Shown: positions 13,301-26,800 of the stretch, piece after piece
Layout of the letters: each line of letters starts with the position of its first letter
Numbering within the stretch: the stretch's first letter is position 1
Source: Azolla caroliniana
Taxonomy: Eukaryota > Plantae > Polypodiophyta
DNA: 64,000 bases
Direction of reading: 5' to 3'
Assembly (NCBI GenBank): GCA_043228905.1
Contig: JBHGNT010000017.1
Coordinates: forward strand, 11,656,001 to 11,720,000
Translations under genes and position numbers: made by a program
Notes under the pieces: generated by a model
Databases searched by the model: none
Told to the model about the DNA's origin: nothing
Seen by the model: only the letters and a program-made list of their open reading frames with translations

Positions 13301-13620
13301 CAATCAAGGACAGAAGACATAGAAAAAGCTGCTACTAGATTGAAAGAGGCAAGAATCAAGAATAAGGACAGATTTGACAAGATGAAAAGAACATGACCAA
13401 GAAAGGTGCAAGAGGGAGATTGGGTATTAGTATATGATAGTAGCCTAGATAATTAATACAATACTATTCAGAAGTTTTCAAAAAGATGGTTTGGACCTTA
13501 TGAAGTTACGAAAATAACAAATAAAGCCACATCTTTCCTCAATGAATTGGATGGGACAGAAATTCATATCCCAATTGCAAGAAAAAGGATTAAAATATTT
13601 AAAAGGAGGGAGTCCCTAGA
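10309..13620 (+). pseudogene. pol (RT-RNase H-integrase) of element C with several stops and frameshifts
   Basis: ORFs 10372-11490, 11494-11793, 11857-12447, 12428-12634, 12659-13396 with DLYSGYDQ, FLDD, HxxxWVGHRG...CPTCQ and DRG...NGKIERGH motifs. Confidence 0.9.
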
Positions 13621-13715
13621 GCCCGAATTTTATGAAGAAGGAGAAAAACTAAAAGAGTCAGAAGAAGTGTTGGATGAACTCTGCACAACCAATGTGCAAG
13701 TTCAGAGGGGGTGGG

Positions 13716-13981
13716 TGTCGTGAAGGATTTGCTTCACGATATAAAAATAAACTTAAATATTGTATTCAATAATATTTCAAACACTTGAACCCACAACCTA
13801 ATAAACCAAGCACAATGTACATACCATTAGGGTAGGCTATTTGTTTTTAAAAATGTCTTCATGAATGTACTTCGCTATATAAAACTAAACCTAAATATTG
13901 TATTAAGTAAAATTGAGGGACTTGAACCCTCAACCTTGTATATCCATCATTATACTTATCCCATATTATTTTCATACATGG
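13716..13981 (+). repeat. Truncated 3' LTR of element C
   Basis: Matches 7513-~7830 with a ~50-bp deletion. Similarity stops after ttcatacatgg. Confidence 0.9.
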
Positions 13982-14463
13982 TGTGGCTCTTTGTCCCTCT
14001 CTCACACATTCGGTTTCCTTGATCTTGCTTTAACTTGTTAACTTGGTGATCTTCTTAACATAGATGTTGTTCTTATTTCCACACTGTCGGTGTTAGACTC
14101 CAACAGATTGGTGCATGGGACAACAAAGATTCAAGCATTGTAGTAGTCATTGCTCAATGGATATAATCCTCTAAATATTCAACATTTTTTATGTCGACAA
14201 TAATTGGTAAGGTCATGGTAAGATGCACTATCTTTTTTTGAGTGGGCACCATCAAGTGATTGAGAACTTTCTAATTCATTATAGAATGAATTTCTCGTTG
14301 CTTCTCGAATATTACATATGGAAAAGAAAAGTTGAGATCTCAATTCAATCATTTATTTAAATTATGGGATGTCGATTTGGGAGATGTGGTTGATATTGAA
14401 TCTCTAAGGTTATCGATATTTGAAGATGTCAAACGATCATTATGTATTACCCCAAATTATGGA

Positions 14464-14730
14464 TTCTAGACCGTGAGGTCGATACAAGGGGTGCAAGCGG
14501 TATACAATCGGTGGGTGTATATGAGAGCGAGAGGGAGAATTAAAGAATACAAATGTGAGTAAAGAAGAGAGAGAGAGAGAGAGAGATAAATAAGTGAGTT
14601 CTAGACCGTGAGGTCGATACAAGCAGTGCAAGCGGTATACAATCGATGGGTGTATATGAGAGGGAGAGGGAGAATTAAAGAATACAAATGTGAGTGAAGA
14701 AGAGAGAGAGACAGAGAGAGATATAAATAT
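14464..14730. repeat. Two tandem ~135-bp units each ending in a (GA)n run, possibly the LINE 3' UTR
   Basis: ttctagaccgtgaggtcgatacaag starts at 14464 and 14599. Confidence 0.85.
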
Positions 14731-14949
14731 GTACAAAGTTTAGAGAAAGAAAGAAAGAAAGATATATTAACGTCTTCTAAGGCCAAATTTGGCCCATGAG
14801 ACAATTGGTTTACAACAAAATGAGTATTTATCCAGTCATCATAACTAAAATAAAATAAAGTAAACATAGAACTTAAGCTAAAAGAGTTCTAGTAGTGTAC
14901 AATACGTGGTATACTCGATAAAGGAAGTGACTTTACACTAATCCTAATT

Positions 14950-15850
14950 TTATTTCCACCCAAGCCTCTTGAAAAGAAGTGGGGGGTCAAAGGGTTTTGA
15001 TGTGGGTGTGACCCGTGGTTCCAATGTAGAGAGTGCCCTAGCCATGGCTTCTAGGCGGTGTAGCTCACGTTCCCTTATTTTCATTATTGCTTCCACACCA
15101 CATCGAGTTGCTTTAAAACCCAGCACCCGAGGACGTCTGGTTCTTCTTTGGTTTTCTGCCTCATCAAGGGAAAGACCGAGTGGTGCAAGTGTGTCGACAT
15201 TTGTTGGCTCCCCCTGTTCCATGTCGACACACTGTTGGAAAAACTTCATTTGTTGGCTCCCCCTGTTGGAAAAACTTCATTTGTTACATGTTGGTGAACA
15301 TTAGCAACATTATTGTCAACATTTTGTAACTTATTCTCTTTGTGTTGTTTTAGCTCTAGAATGTATTTGCCTAATTTCTTTATATCTAGAGTATCTAATA
15401 GTTTGGGGAGGGTGGGAGAGGAACCAAGTATGTCTTGGTATTTTGCCCTTATCTCGGCGTAGATTGGGCACTTGCATGTAAAGTGATACTCATCCTCTAT
15501 CTCTATGTGACATAACCTACATATCCTTTCCTCCCTAGGGACTCCATTAGTACGGACATTCTCAATCTCAAGTTGGTGAGATGATATTCTAAGTTGTCCA
15601 ATGGCAACCCTTAGTGCATGTGGTAAGAATACATCTAGATATTTTGGCTGCGTGATAAAACCTAACTCAGAGAAGTGCATGAAGTGTTCCTTATAGTACA
15701 ACATTTTAGATGGGAGTGGCTCTCGTGGGGTGATCCATTTATACCGAGTGTAAATTTGTCATATGTCTTGGCGTATTACTTTATTGCGGTCCTCATGAGA
15801 GATTAAAGTGTTATCAATCTTGTGGTTGTACCTAAGGGGAGGTAGGTTAT
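14950..15850 (-). mobile_element. LINE ORF2 C-terminal segment (CCHC zinc finger)
   Basis: ORF 15246-15704: QLRISSHQLEIE...REERICRLCHIEIEDEYHFTCKCPIY. Joins the RT segment across copia D (NGLDI-x-NLPPL). Confidence 0.85.
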
Positions 15851-18800
15851 TGTTGAGAGACAAGCTCAACATCGGCCGGATCGGCTGAAGAAGCCGAGGA
15901 CCGGATCGGTTGGGACCGATCGGTTAGGCCGAGTACATAAACCGGGAGGTCGTTAGGAAAGATATTCCGTGAGGAATATATTTGGGAGTTAGTGTAGGGG
16001 CTCTTGATGAGCATTGAAGTATTGTCAGTACTTCGGTCAGTCCTTCTAGGGCTTGTATAAAAGTGTTCACTGAGCACGTCTTATGTACAGAGATTGAGTA
16101 TTATTGTTGAATATAGTTTTTTGTGTTTCTCTCTCTGTCTCTCCCGCGTATACCGTGTAAGCCTAAGCTCTCCATTGAACCTGAGTTTCCTTCCTTTGTT
16201 CTGTCTTCATACTTGCTTTTGCACGCTACTTTCTACATGGTATCAGAGCGCGAGGGTTGAGAACCTCTCTGCAGCCGACACAACTTGACGAAGAAGAACA
16301 AGAAGAACGATGGATAGAGGCATGGTGAGCTCGCTTCCAACAGAGAAGCTCGACAGAACCAACTACGCGTCTTGGTCCTACAAGATGCACCAGTACTTGC
16401 TCGGGCACGGCTACTGGAGTTATGTCGAAGGAGCTAATGACGCAGCACCCGAATCGACACACAGAGACTTCCCGTCGTGGGAGCAATCGGCGAGCAGGGT
16501 ACTATACTGCTTCGCGTCGTGTGTGGGCGAACAGCTATTGAACTATGTTCGGGATGCAAAGACGCCGAAGGGTGTGTGGGAAAATCTGAAGAAGATTTTC
16601 GCTGCGAGCACCACAGCTAGGAAGCTTCAGCTCCGACAGGAGTTGAGCAACCTACGACAACGCGACTTGTCGGTGGCGGACTATACCTCGAAGATCAAGG
16701 ATATCTACGACTCCCTCACCTCCATAGAGGTGAACATCGAAGTTCGGAGCGTTTCGAACGGCTGTGTACCCGGGAGAATACGTCGTCCTTTTTCGACTTA
16801 CAGTCGATGCTCTTGGTAGAGGAGAACCACGCAGGTGCGTCGACGAGGATGCACACCGACAGCAAGATGTTGTACATGGAGGGAGAAAGGCCCCATGGTC
16901 GTGGAGGATGAGGAGAGTCAGCGCGCAATGGAGGCAGCCGACGTGATCAAGGAAGAAGGCACCGAAGTGATGCCGACAGCAACTCCGGACCCTCCGGAAA
17001 CAGGGGGAGTCGAAGCGATGAGAACCGGCAAGGGAAGGTCATCGTGGAGTGCTGGTACTGTGGCAAGAAAGGCCACAGGGAAAGTGAGTGCTGGAAGAAG
17101 TGCGCCGATTCGGAGAGAATTGGTTCCGGGAACGGCTCCAGACATATCGACAAGGGAAATCTTCAGCGATCGCACTACGCTGAAGACTCCGGGAGAGCCG
17201 GAGAAGGGTCTATCTTCGTGACGAGACACGAAGCAAACTCAATGAAACAGAGCACCCCGAGATCGGACGAGGTGTGGTATGTAGACTCCGGTGCATCAAA
17301 CCACATGACGAGCCATAAGGAGTGGTTCTCGTACCTTGAAAAACCGATACAACCTGGAGTAGTCGCAACAGGAGACGACACTCCGCATCCGATCGCGAAT
17401 GTCGGAGAAGTTCCCCTTAGCCATGTCGGGCAGAAAGGGAAACTCAAGAACGTGTTGCACGTTCCGACAATCACGAAGAACTTGGTCTCGGTCGGACAGA
17501 TCGTCGACCAAGGGATGGAGGTTCGGTTTACACACCTTGGGTGCTTCATTGAGGAAGAAGGCCATGTGATTGCGCAAGGGCGTAGAGACGGGAGGATGTT
17601 CATCCTCGACTCCACTGACGGCGGCACCGCAATGTTCGCGAAGGGACAAAAGACCGAGTCGGACATCGACTTGTGGCACAAGCGGATAGGCCATGTCAAC
17701 CACCAGCGGCTTCAAGATCTGCAATCGAAACAGGTAGTGTTCGGATTGCCCAAGTTTAGTGGCCGAAAGGCACAAATTTGTGAAGCCTGCTAGCTCAGGA
17801 AGCAACACCGACTTCCTTTCCCCAACGAGCGAAACCGGAGCCGGAACAAGCTCGACCTTATACACTCGGATGTGTGGGGGCCGGCACAAAACGTTAGGCT
17901 TGGCGGGAGCCGATATTTCGTCTCCTTCATTGACGACCACACGCGGCACACATGGATCTACCTCATTGAGAGGAAGAGCGAAGTCTTCGACTGTTTCTGG
18001 GACGTCAAAAGGTTCATGGAAGCCGAAACGGGACAAAAGATCAAGTGTCTGCGGTCGGATGGCGGGAAAGAGTACTTTTCCAGTCAATTCAACGGTTACC
18101 TACAAAAAATGGGAATTCGGCGCGAATTCAGTTGTAGATACACGCCAGAGCAGAACGGCGTGGCCGAGAGAAAGAATCGGTCAGTTGTGGAAGCGGCACG
18201 GGCAATGCTGGAGGAGAAGAGCTTGCCCAAGTTCTACTGGGCCGAGGCGGTAAGGACCGCGGTATACATCCAGAACCGGATTGGAGACAAAGTGTCGGCG
18301 CACGAGCTATATTTCGAAATGAAGCCGAACTTGCGACACTGGAGGGTGTTCGGTAGCATTGCGTATGTGCATGTACCGAATGAGAAAAGGAGGAAGCTGG
18401 ACGCAAAGGCTGAGAAGTGCATCTTGGTCGGTTACTCGGACGAGCAGAAGGGTTATAAGTGCTATAACCCTCGCACCAAACAAGCGCGTGTCAGCCGCGA
18501 CGTTGTGTTTGACGAGTCTGCATCCTGGTACCTGCCCTCGACTCGGAACCCCGACTCCAATACGAGCTCTGACGATGAGGTCAGTGAGGCCGAGATGCCT
18601 CCGAATGAGCCCGAAATTGAGACCCGCGAAGAGAGTCCGATTTCACTCCGGTTAAGTGGACCGATTGGACGACTGAGTCGGTATGACCAGTCCGATGAAG
18701 AACCGGCGAGTAGTGGAGACTCGGCCGTGCATTCCCCGCGCAGGAAGCCGAGGAGACGGCTTACGCGCAAAGAGAAAGGGAAGAAGAAAGTGTCGGATTC

Positions 18801-21468
18801 CGGCACGGAAAGGAACGAGTCAGACCGACGTGAGTCCGACTCCGAGGGAACCAGTGACGGGTCTTTAAAGGTGAAGACCGCGTCGACCGAGAAGGCCTCG
18901 ACATCGGCTAATGTGAGATTACGCCGATCTACCCGCCAGGAGAACCCAGTTGTGCGGTTCGGATACAACGAGTACATGGCGCATCATTATGCGTACATGA
19001 CTCGTGTAGCGGAAGTGCGTGAGCCGGAGAGCTACGTAGAAGTGGCTAAAGACGCGAATTGGCGCGCCGCGATGGAGGAAGAGATGCACGCATTGGCGGA
19101 GAACGAGACCTGGGACCTGGTTGACGCACCGAAGGGTGTGAAGCCGATCGGGTGTAGATGGGTGTACAAAGTCAAGTACAACACCGATGGCTCGGTCAAC
19201 CGGTACAAGGCTTGGCTAGTGGCAAAGGGCTACGCACAGAAACACGGCATCGACTACGATGAGACGTTTGCGCCAGTCGCAAAAATGACGACCGTTCGTG
19301 TTTTTCTCGCAGTAGCCGTGGCCAAGGGGTGGCACGTACATCAAATGGATGTAAAGAATGTGTTCCTGCAAGGTGACCTTGAGGAACAAGTGTACATGGT
19401 ACAGCCCCCCGGATTTCACTCCGGAACGAACTCCTCGGCAGTATGCCGACTGAAGAAGTCCCTTTACGGACTGAAGCAAGCCCCGCGTGCCTAGAACACG
19501 AAGATCACGCAACAATTGCGTCGGATGGGCTTCGTCACGTCAAAATCGGACTCTTCCGTGTTCATCCGGAAAGGTCGACTCGGACCGGTTAGTATATTAC
19601 TATATGTTGATGACTTGGTCATCACCGGCGCCGACCTTGGTGAAATCAACCTCGTGAAGCTCCAGCTTGCGGCATCGTTCGACATGAAGGATCTGGGGGA
19701 CCTTCATTACTTCCTCGGGATCGAAGTGATCCGTACCCCTGAAGGTATATTGATCAGCCAACGTCATTACGTGCTGAGTATGCTCTTCAAACTCGGGATG
19801 GCCGACTATAAGTCCATCTCGACTCCTCTGGACAGAACCGTCAAGATTCGTCCCGATATGGGACAGGTATGCGACCCGACGAGGTTCCGACAAATTGTCG
19901 GAAGCCTTATATACTTGACCATCACCCGACCCGACCTCAGTTATCCGGTCGGGGTGATCAGTCAGTTCATGGCGCGACCTACCGAGGAGCACCTTCAGTG
20001 TGCGCAACGCATACTTCGGTATGTCAACGGCACTAAGGACCGAGGACTGCTATATCGGACTGGTGCAGTCGTGCAGTTAGTCGGCTACACCGATGCTGAT
20101 TGGGCTGGCAACGCCGCCGATCGCCGATCCATGTCTGGATACGCGTTCTCCCTCGGGAGTGCCGCGATCGCGTGAAGCAGTAAGAAGCAGCCGACAGTTG
20201 CACTGTCGAGCACCGAAGCTAAGTACCGAGGAGCGGCTGTCGCGACATGCGAAGCCATATGGTTGAAGCGGCTAGTTAAGGACCTGCAAGAGGAGGTGTC
20301 CGATCCAACGACGATCTACTACGACAACCTCAGCAGCATCCAACTCGCGAAGAACCCCGTCTTTCACGCACGGACCAAGGACATTGAAGTGCATTACCAT
20401 TTCGTCCGTGAGCGTGTCCTTTCCGGTGAAGTCAAACTTCAGTACGTTCCGACGGATCGGAAGACTGCCGACATCTTCACAAAGCCTCTTGGTCTGGACA
20501 AGTTGCGGCAATTCTCAGGTGCGCTCGGGTTGCGTCACCTCGACGTGCCGAACTTGAGGGGGAGAACAGTCCCGAATGACCAAGCAAGGCAACAGGAAAG
20601 GAGCGGTGACCATGACACCGAGTCGGTTGACTCGGTTGTTGACTTGGTTGAAGACGGATCGGCTGAAGAAGCCGAGGGCGGACCCGCGAAAAAGTTCGGA
20701 AGAGGACAGAAGGGAAGCAACCGAAGGAGAGAGCCGAAGCCAACCACGGATGGGGAAGATGACGCCATCGAGGGCGAGTAGACCGAAGACGAGTTGGAGA
20801 CAGCCAACTCGGACGAGAGCGAAAACCGATCGGAGGTAGCCGAGTCGGTTCGGATGTTTGATTCAGACACGCTGAATCAACCGAGGTCCAAGCGGAAGAA
20901 AAGGCAGCAGAAGAAGCATCAACACCGCAACAACAGAAGAGCTGATGAGGGCCACATGAGCAGACAAGCCGACCGGAAGGGTCGAAGCGCGCGGAGTCGA
21001 ACAGGTCGAGGAGCGCGAGCGAGGCGAGAAGCCAGGAGGAACCGGTGCTCTGAAGATCCCGAAGAGTCTCAAGTTGAGCTTGAGGGGGAGTGTTGAGAGA
21101 CAAGCTCAACATCGGTCGGATTGGCTGAAGAAGCCGAGGACCGGATCGGTTGGGACCGATCGGTTAGGCCGAGTACATAAACCGGGAGGTCGTTAGGAAA
21201 GATATTCCGTGAGGAATATATTTGGGAGTTAGTGTAGGGGCTCTTGATGAGCATTGAAGTACTGTCAGTACTTCGGTCAGTCCTTCTAGGGCTTGTATAA
21301 AAGTGTTCACTGAGCACGTCTTATGTACAGAGATTGAGTATTATTGTTGAATATAGTTTTTTGTGTTTCTCTCTCTGTCTCTCCTGCGTATACCGTGTAA
21401 GCCTAAGCTCTCCATTGAACCTGAGTTTCCTTCCTCTGTTCTGTCTTCATACTTGCTTCCGCACGCTA
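15851..21468 (+). mobile_element. Ty1/copia element D, near full-length, several stops
   Basis: LTRs 15851-16237 and 21091-21468 (last ~9 nt and TSD lost), PBS tggtatcagagc (tRNA-iMet) 16238-16249, gag, [45 protein letters not shown] 21082-21090. Confidence 0.96.
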
Positions 21469-23888
21469 ATGTCTAGACCATTCACAAGAAGCCAACTCAC
21501 CATCATGCCATACCATGAGCTAGTATAGCCGGACTCATACAATGATCGAGAGGCCTTAAAGGCTTGATGAGATATTCTATCATGTGGTTGGCTATGTATC
21601 CTATGAAGAAAGATTACAAGTTGGAAAAGTGTCTCTACTAACATTGGGGGTAACGTGAACTCAGCCCTAATAATGTCATGTGGTACTGTCGATTTGCTTC
21701 GGAGTTGGTGTGATAACATCATCACCAATGGTCTCTCTAATTGCGTCAACATGAAAGATGGTAATCCTAGAGCCCAAACCGCTGATGCATACATGAGGGA
21801 GGGGGTCACTAATGAGTCAAAGAGCCACCCTTTAGTCTGTGGCTCTTGAAAGCATGCTTGGTGGCATTGTATCTCTAGGAGTGAGAGGGATGCATGTCCT
21901 CTCGTAAGTCTATCCTTCATTTCCTGTGTCATCGAAAATTTACTTGAGCAGGCATTGAAAGTGACTCCGAGATAGATGTATGATCCAACCACCTCAATTG
22001 GGTTGTGGGAGATAGTTAGGTGACATATAGCTCTAACTTGGGCCGATGTGTGGAAAATAAGGAATTTAGTTTTCCCTAGATTCACTACCAATCCTCGTTG
22101 TGCACAAAAGTCATCTAAGGCATTAAGGTGCCTTTGTAGGTCGTGTTCGGATTCAGAGAGCAAAACTATGTCATCCGCATAGAGCAAGATACGAACCTGC
22201 GTATCCCCAAGGACTACTCCGTTGCCTCCCTTACGAGCAATAAAATCGGTGATCTCATCAATGTAGATCCCAAAAAGTGTTGGTGATAGTGGGCAACCTT
22301 GTTTTACACCAATAGTACTAGTGAAACAATTGGATAGGCCACCTGGGCATGGGACACACCCGGACACTTGTTCATATAGTACGTAGATGGCCCAGACCAT
22401 GTCATCTGGTATCCTCAAGCTTTTAAGCCTATCAAACAACCGCTCTCTAGGGATTGTGTCAAAGGCCTTGCTGAAATCTACAAAACAACAATATAATTTC
22501 TTCTTGCGAGCCTTAGTTTGGTCAATTAAGCATCTAAGTGTGAAGATATGATCAATGGTGGAGAAGGCTCGTCTAAAGCTAGCTTGTTCAAGTGCACGAA
22601 GATTTAAGGTCTCCATATAATCGCTAAGCTCTGCTTCCATTACTGCACCATATAATTTAGCAAGGGTGTGACCTATCATAATGGTCCTATATGTATTTGG
22701 GTCCATGGGGTTCCCCTGTTTATGTATGGGGGCCACTGTGTTCATAGTCCACTGTGGTGGAAAACCCTCTGCAAGGGCACGATTGAAGATTAGAGTTAGC
22801 AAGGGAGCTAGGCACTCTCTCGCATATATAATGTGTTCTGCTCGCAATCTTGTGTGGTCCATGGACTTCCAATGTTGTAATTTCTTTATGACCTTCGCGA
22901 CCCTAGAGGTCGTGAAAAGTGTCCCCGTGGTAGGTCGGGGTGTGGAAGGGATTGGAATGGGTGGTTGGTTTGGGATTTGGTAAAGTCTCTCTGTATATGT
23001 GTGATAGGTTTCGGGATCTTCAATGGGTGTTTGTGGTCTTGGCTCCCGTAGTCTCTTCCATGTCATGGCGCAATCGCTACTCAATATTGGGATGCCTCCC
23101 ACGCCCGTCTCTTACGACGTGTCATCTTGTGCATTTCTTTGCAAGCTTGTATGGAGGTAATACTACCATTGAGTTGTGATACCATAAGTTGTCTATGTAA
23201 GTCCCTACAATCCTCATCATACCATTTATTTTGTGGCATAGATCCTGATCTACCTTGATTTGAGTGTTTTGTATATGGGAAACTACTAGTTGCTGCGGAG
23301 TGAAGGATGTGTGTGAGTTTCGTACTAAGGCTTTCTAAAGGTAGGGAGGGATCAAGGGAGGAGAGATGGGCCTGAACATGTTGAGAGTATATTTCAGAGA
23401 GCTCATGTGTGAAATGTATTGTGGTGTGATGACGTGGTTGACTAGAGTTGGTGACCTTAGAGATATCACATTTTAGCTCGAAGTATAAGAAACTATGGTC
23501 TACGTCAATAGGGCATGGGGCCACCCGGAAAGAGTTAATCATGTACAAATGGCGAAAAATACTACCTGTTCCTTACTTGTGGAGACTTTCACCCACATAA
23601 AACGAGCTTCTGGGTTTGTCCTCAATATTTCTATCCTATTATGTAGCTCTCTACAAAACAATATCGCGACACCTCCAGATCCCCTGGTAGTGTGTCGACG
23701 TGAGGTTTGTCTAAAAGCGGACTCCCAACAGAATCCTTCGACCCGTGGGAGTCCTCTATTTGGGCTTTGGTGTGTTTCTACCAAGAAAAGTATATTTGAT
23801 ACCTTTAATATCTCCTCTAGGCGGACGGGGTGTGTCCAAAGTGTGCCGTTACAATTCCATAAGGTCATCCTAAGTGCATTTTCTGTCA
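21469..23888 (-). mobile_element. LINE ORF2 APE endonuclease and RT segment
   Basis: WNCNG and LVETH endonuclease start (ORF 23539-23940), VDH motif, RT FVDFSKAFD, GVKQGCPLSPTLF, LLYADD (ORF 21447-23102). Frameshifts present. Confidence 0.93.
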
Positions 23889-26800
23889 TGAAAAGAATGG
23901 CGTGCGAAAGCAATATAGGAAACCGAACAATAGAAAACACAAGTTTAATGGAAAGCTTAGGTTTGCACAGTACGCACGGGAGAGACAGAGAGAGAGAGTA
24001 AACACTAGAACTCTATTAAAAAATAATACTCAATCTGTACATCGTGTGTGTTCAATGAACCCTATACAAGTCCTTTTCGGACTGACAGAAGTACTGACAA
24101 TACTTCAATGCTCATTAAGGAGCCCCTACACTAACTCCCAAATATATTCCTTGCGGAATATCTTTCCGATGGCCTCACGGTTTCTGCACCGATCCGGCCT
24201 TTCTACGCATCGGTCTGCGTATCGGTATCCAACCGATCCGGTCCTCGGCTTGCTCAGCCGATCCAGCCTATGTTGAGCTTGTCTCTCAACACTCCCCCTC
24301 AAGCTCAACTTGAGACTCTTCCGGATCTTCCGGATCACTGCTTCGGTTCCTCCTGGCTCCACGCCTCACACGCGCTTCTCGGCCTATTCGACTCCGCGCG
24401 CTTCGACCCTTCCGGTCGGCTTGTTTGGTCCCACGGCCCTTCACAGCTCCCTTGCTATCGCAGTGTTGGCGCTTCTCCTGCTGCCTTGTTTTCCGCTTGG
24501 CCCTCAGTTGATTCAGTGTATCGGAATCAAACATCCGAACCGACTCGGCTACCTCCGATCGGTTTTCGCTCTCATCCAAGTTCGTTGTCTCCAACTCGTC
24601 TTCGATCTTCTCGCCCTTGACAGCATCATCTCCCCCATGCTTGGTTGTCTTTCGCTCTATCTTCCGACTGCTCCCCTTATGTCCGTTTTCAGACTCGTCC
24701 GCTGATCCCAAGTCGAGTTCGTCATCCGACCCGGTGTCATGGTCTTTTTTGCTCCTTTCCTATTCCCTTCCGCAGTCATCCGGGACGTCTCTCCCCCTCA
24801 AGCTCGGCACGTCGAGGTGACGCAACCCAAGCGCACCCGAGCATTGCCGCAACTTGTCCAGACCAAGAGGCTTGGTGAAAATATCGGAGTGCTGCCGATC
24901 CGTTGGAACATACGGAAGTTCGACTTCACCAAAAAGGACACGCTCACGGACAAAATGGTAGTGCACCTCAATGTGCTTGGTCCGTGCGTGGACAACGGGG
25001 TTCTTCGCGAGCTGAATGTTGTTGAGGTTGTCGCAGTAGATCGTCGTCGGATCTGACACCTCTTCAGGTCCGTAAGTAGCCGCTTCAACCATATGTCTTT
25101 GCATGTCGCGACAGCCGCTCCTCGGTACTCAACTTCGGTGCTCAACAGTGCAACTGTCGGCTGCTTCTTACTGCTCCACACGATCACGGCACTCCCAAGA
25201 GAGAACGTGTATCCGGACGTGGATCGGCGATCGGCGGCATTGCCAGCCTAGTCAGCATAGGTGTAGTCGACCAACTGCGAGGTTGTACCACTCCGGTATT
25301 GCAATCCCTGGTCCTTAGTGCCGCTTACGTACCGCAGTATGCGTTGTGCACACTGAAGGTGCTCCTCGGTAGGTCGCACCATGAATTGATTGATCACCCC
25401 GACCGGATAACTGAGATCGGGTTGGGTGATTTTCAAGTAGATAAGGTTGCTGACTATCTGTCGGAACCTCGTCGGGTCGCATACCCTACCGGACTCGGGG
25501 CAAAGCTTGATGGTTCTATCCAGAGGAGTCGAGACGGACTTATAGTCTGCCATCCTGAATTTGAAGAGCATATTCAGCGCGTAATGACGTTGGCTGATCA
25601 GTATGCCTTCGGGGGTGCAGATCTCTTCGATCCCGAGGAAGTAATGAAGGTCCCCCGTATCCTTCATGTTGAATGATGCCGCAAGCTGGAGCTTCACGCG
25701 GTCGATTTCACCTAGGTCAGCGCCAGTGATGACCAAGTCATCAACATATAGTAAAATACTAACCGGCCCGAGTCGACCTTTCTAGATGAACATTGAGGAG
25801 TCTGATTTTGACGTCGCAAAGCCCATCCGACGCAATTGTTGCGTGATATTCTCGTTCCAGGCACGCGGAGCTTGCTTTAGTCCTTAAAGGAACTTCTTCA
25901 ATCGACACACTACCGACGTGTTCATTCCGGAGTAAAATCCGGGGGGTTGTACCATGTACACTTGTTCCTGAAGCTCACCCTGCAGGAACGCATTGTTTAC
26001 ATCCATCTTATGTAAGTGCCACCCCTTTGCCACAGCTACCGCGAGCACAACACAGACATTCGTCATCTTCGCGATCGGCGCAAACGTCTCACCGTAATCG
26101 ATGTCGTGTTTCTGCATGTAGCCTTTTGCCACTAATCGGGCCTTGTATTGGTTGACCAAGCCGTTGGTGTTGTATTTGACCTTGTATAGCCACCTACATC
26201 CGATCGGCTTCACACCCTTCGGTGCATCAACCAGGTCCCAAGTCTCGTTTTCCGCCAATGCGTGCATCTCTTCCTCCATCGCAACGCGCCAATTCGCATC
26301 CTTAGCCGCTTCTGCGTAGCTCTCCGGCTCACGCACTTCTGCTACACGGGTCATGTATGCATAATGATGCGCAATGTACTCATTGTATCCGAACCGCACA
26401 ACTGGGTTCTTCTGGCGGGTAGATCGGCGTAATCGGTCATTAGCCCATGTCGAGGTCTTCTCGGCCAACACGGACTTCATTCTTGAAGACCCGTCACCGC
26501 TTCCCCCAGAGTCGGACTCGCGTCGATCTGACTCGTTCCGATCCGTGCCGTAATCCGACACCTTCTTCTTCCCTTTTTCTTTGCGCGTAAGCCGTCTGCT
26601 CGGCTTCCTACGTGGGGAATGCACGGTTGAGTCTTCGCTACTCGCCGGCTCTTCATCAAACTGGTCGAACCAACTCAGTCGTCCATTCAGTCCACTTAAC
26701 CGAAACGAAATCGGACTTTCTTCGCGGATCCCGATTTCAGGCTCATCTAGAGGCATCTCAGCCTCGCTGGACTCATCATCAGAACTTGGATTGGAGGCGA

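Larger units (their letters stand above)
7513..13981 (+). mobile_element. Ty3/gypsy element C (non-chromovirus, tRNA-Trp primed), degenerate, 3' LTR truncated
   Basis: 5' LTR TGTCG...CGACA 7513-8515, PBS 8520-8537, gag fragments, PR ALIDHG, RT with FLDDVPIKG, RNase H, integrase (12659-13396), PPT agagggggtggg, second LTR copy 13716-13981. Confidence 0.93.

Noticed and set aside
13982-14440. Possible further LTR end, PBS (ccaaca gat tggtgc) and decayed gag
   Set aside because: No partner LTR, no clear tRNA match and no recognisable protein motif.
15846-15850. gttat precedes both copia D and gypsy A2 (47846-47850)
   Set aside because: Unrelated integrases and a 5-mer in AT-rich DNA, so chance is likely.
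17175-21112. Long antisense ORFs over copia D (for example 17296-18087 and 20477-21112)
   Set aside because: Shadow frames of GC-rich coding sequence with no domain motifs.
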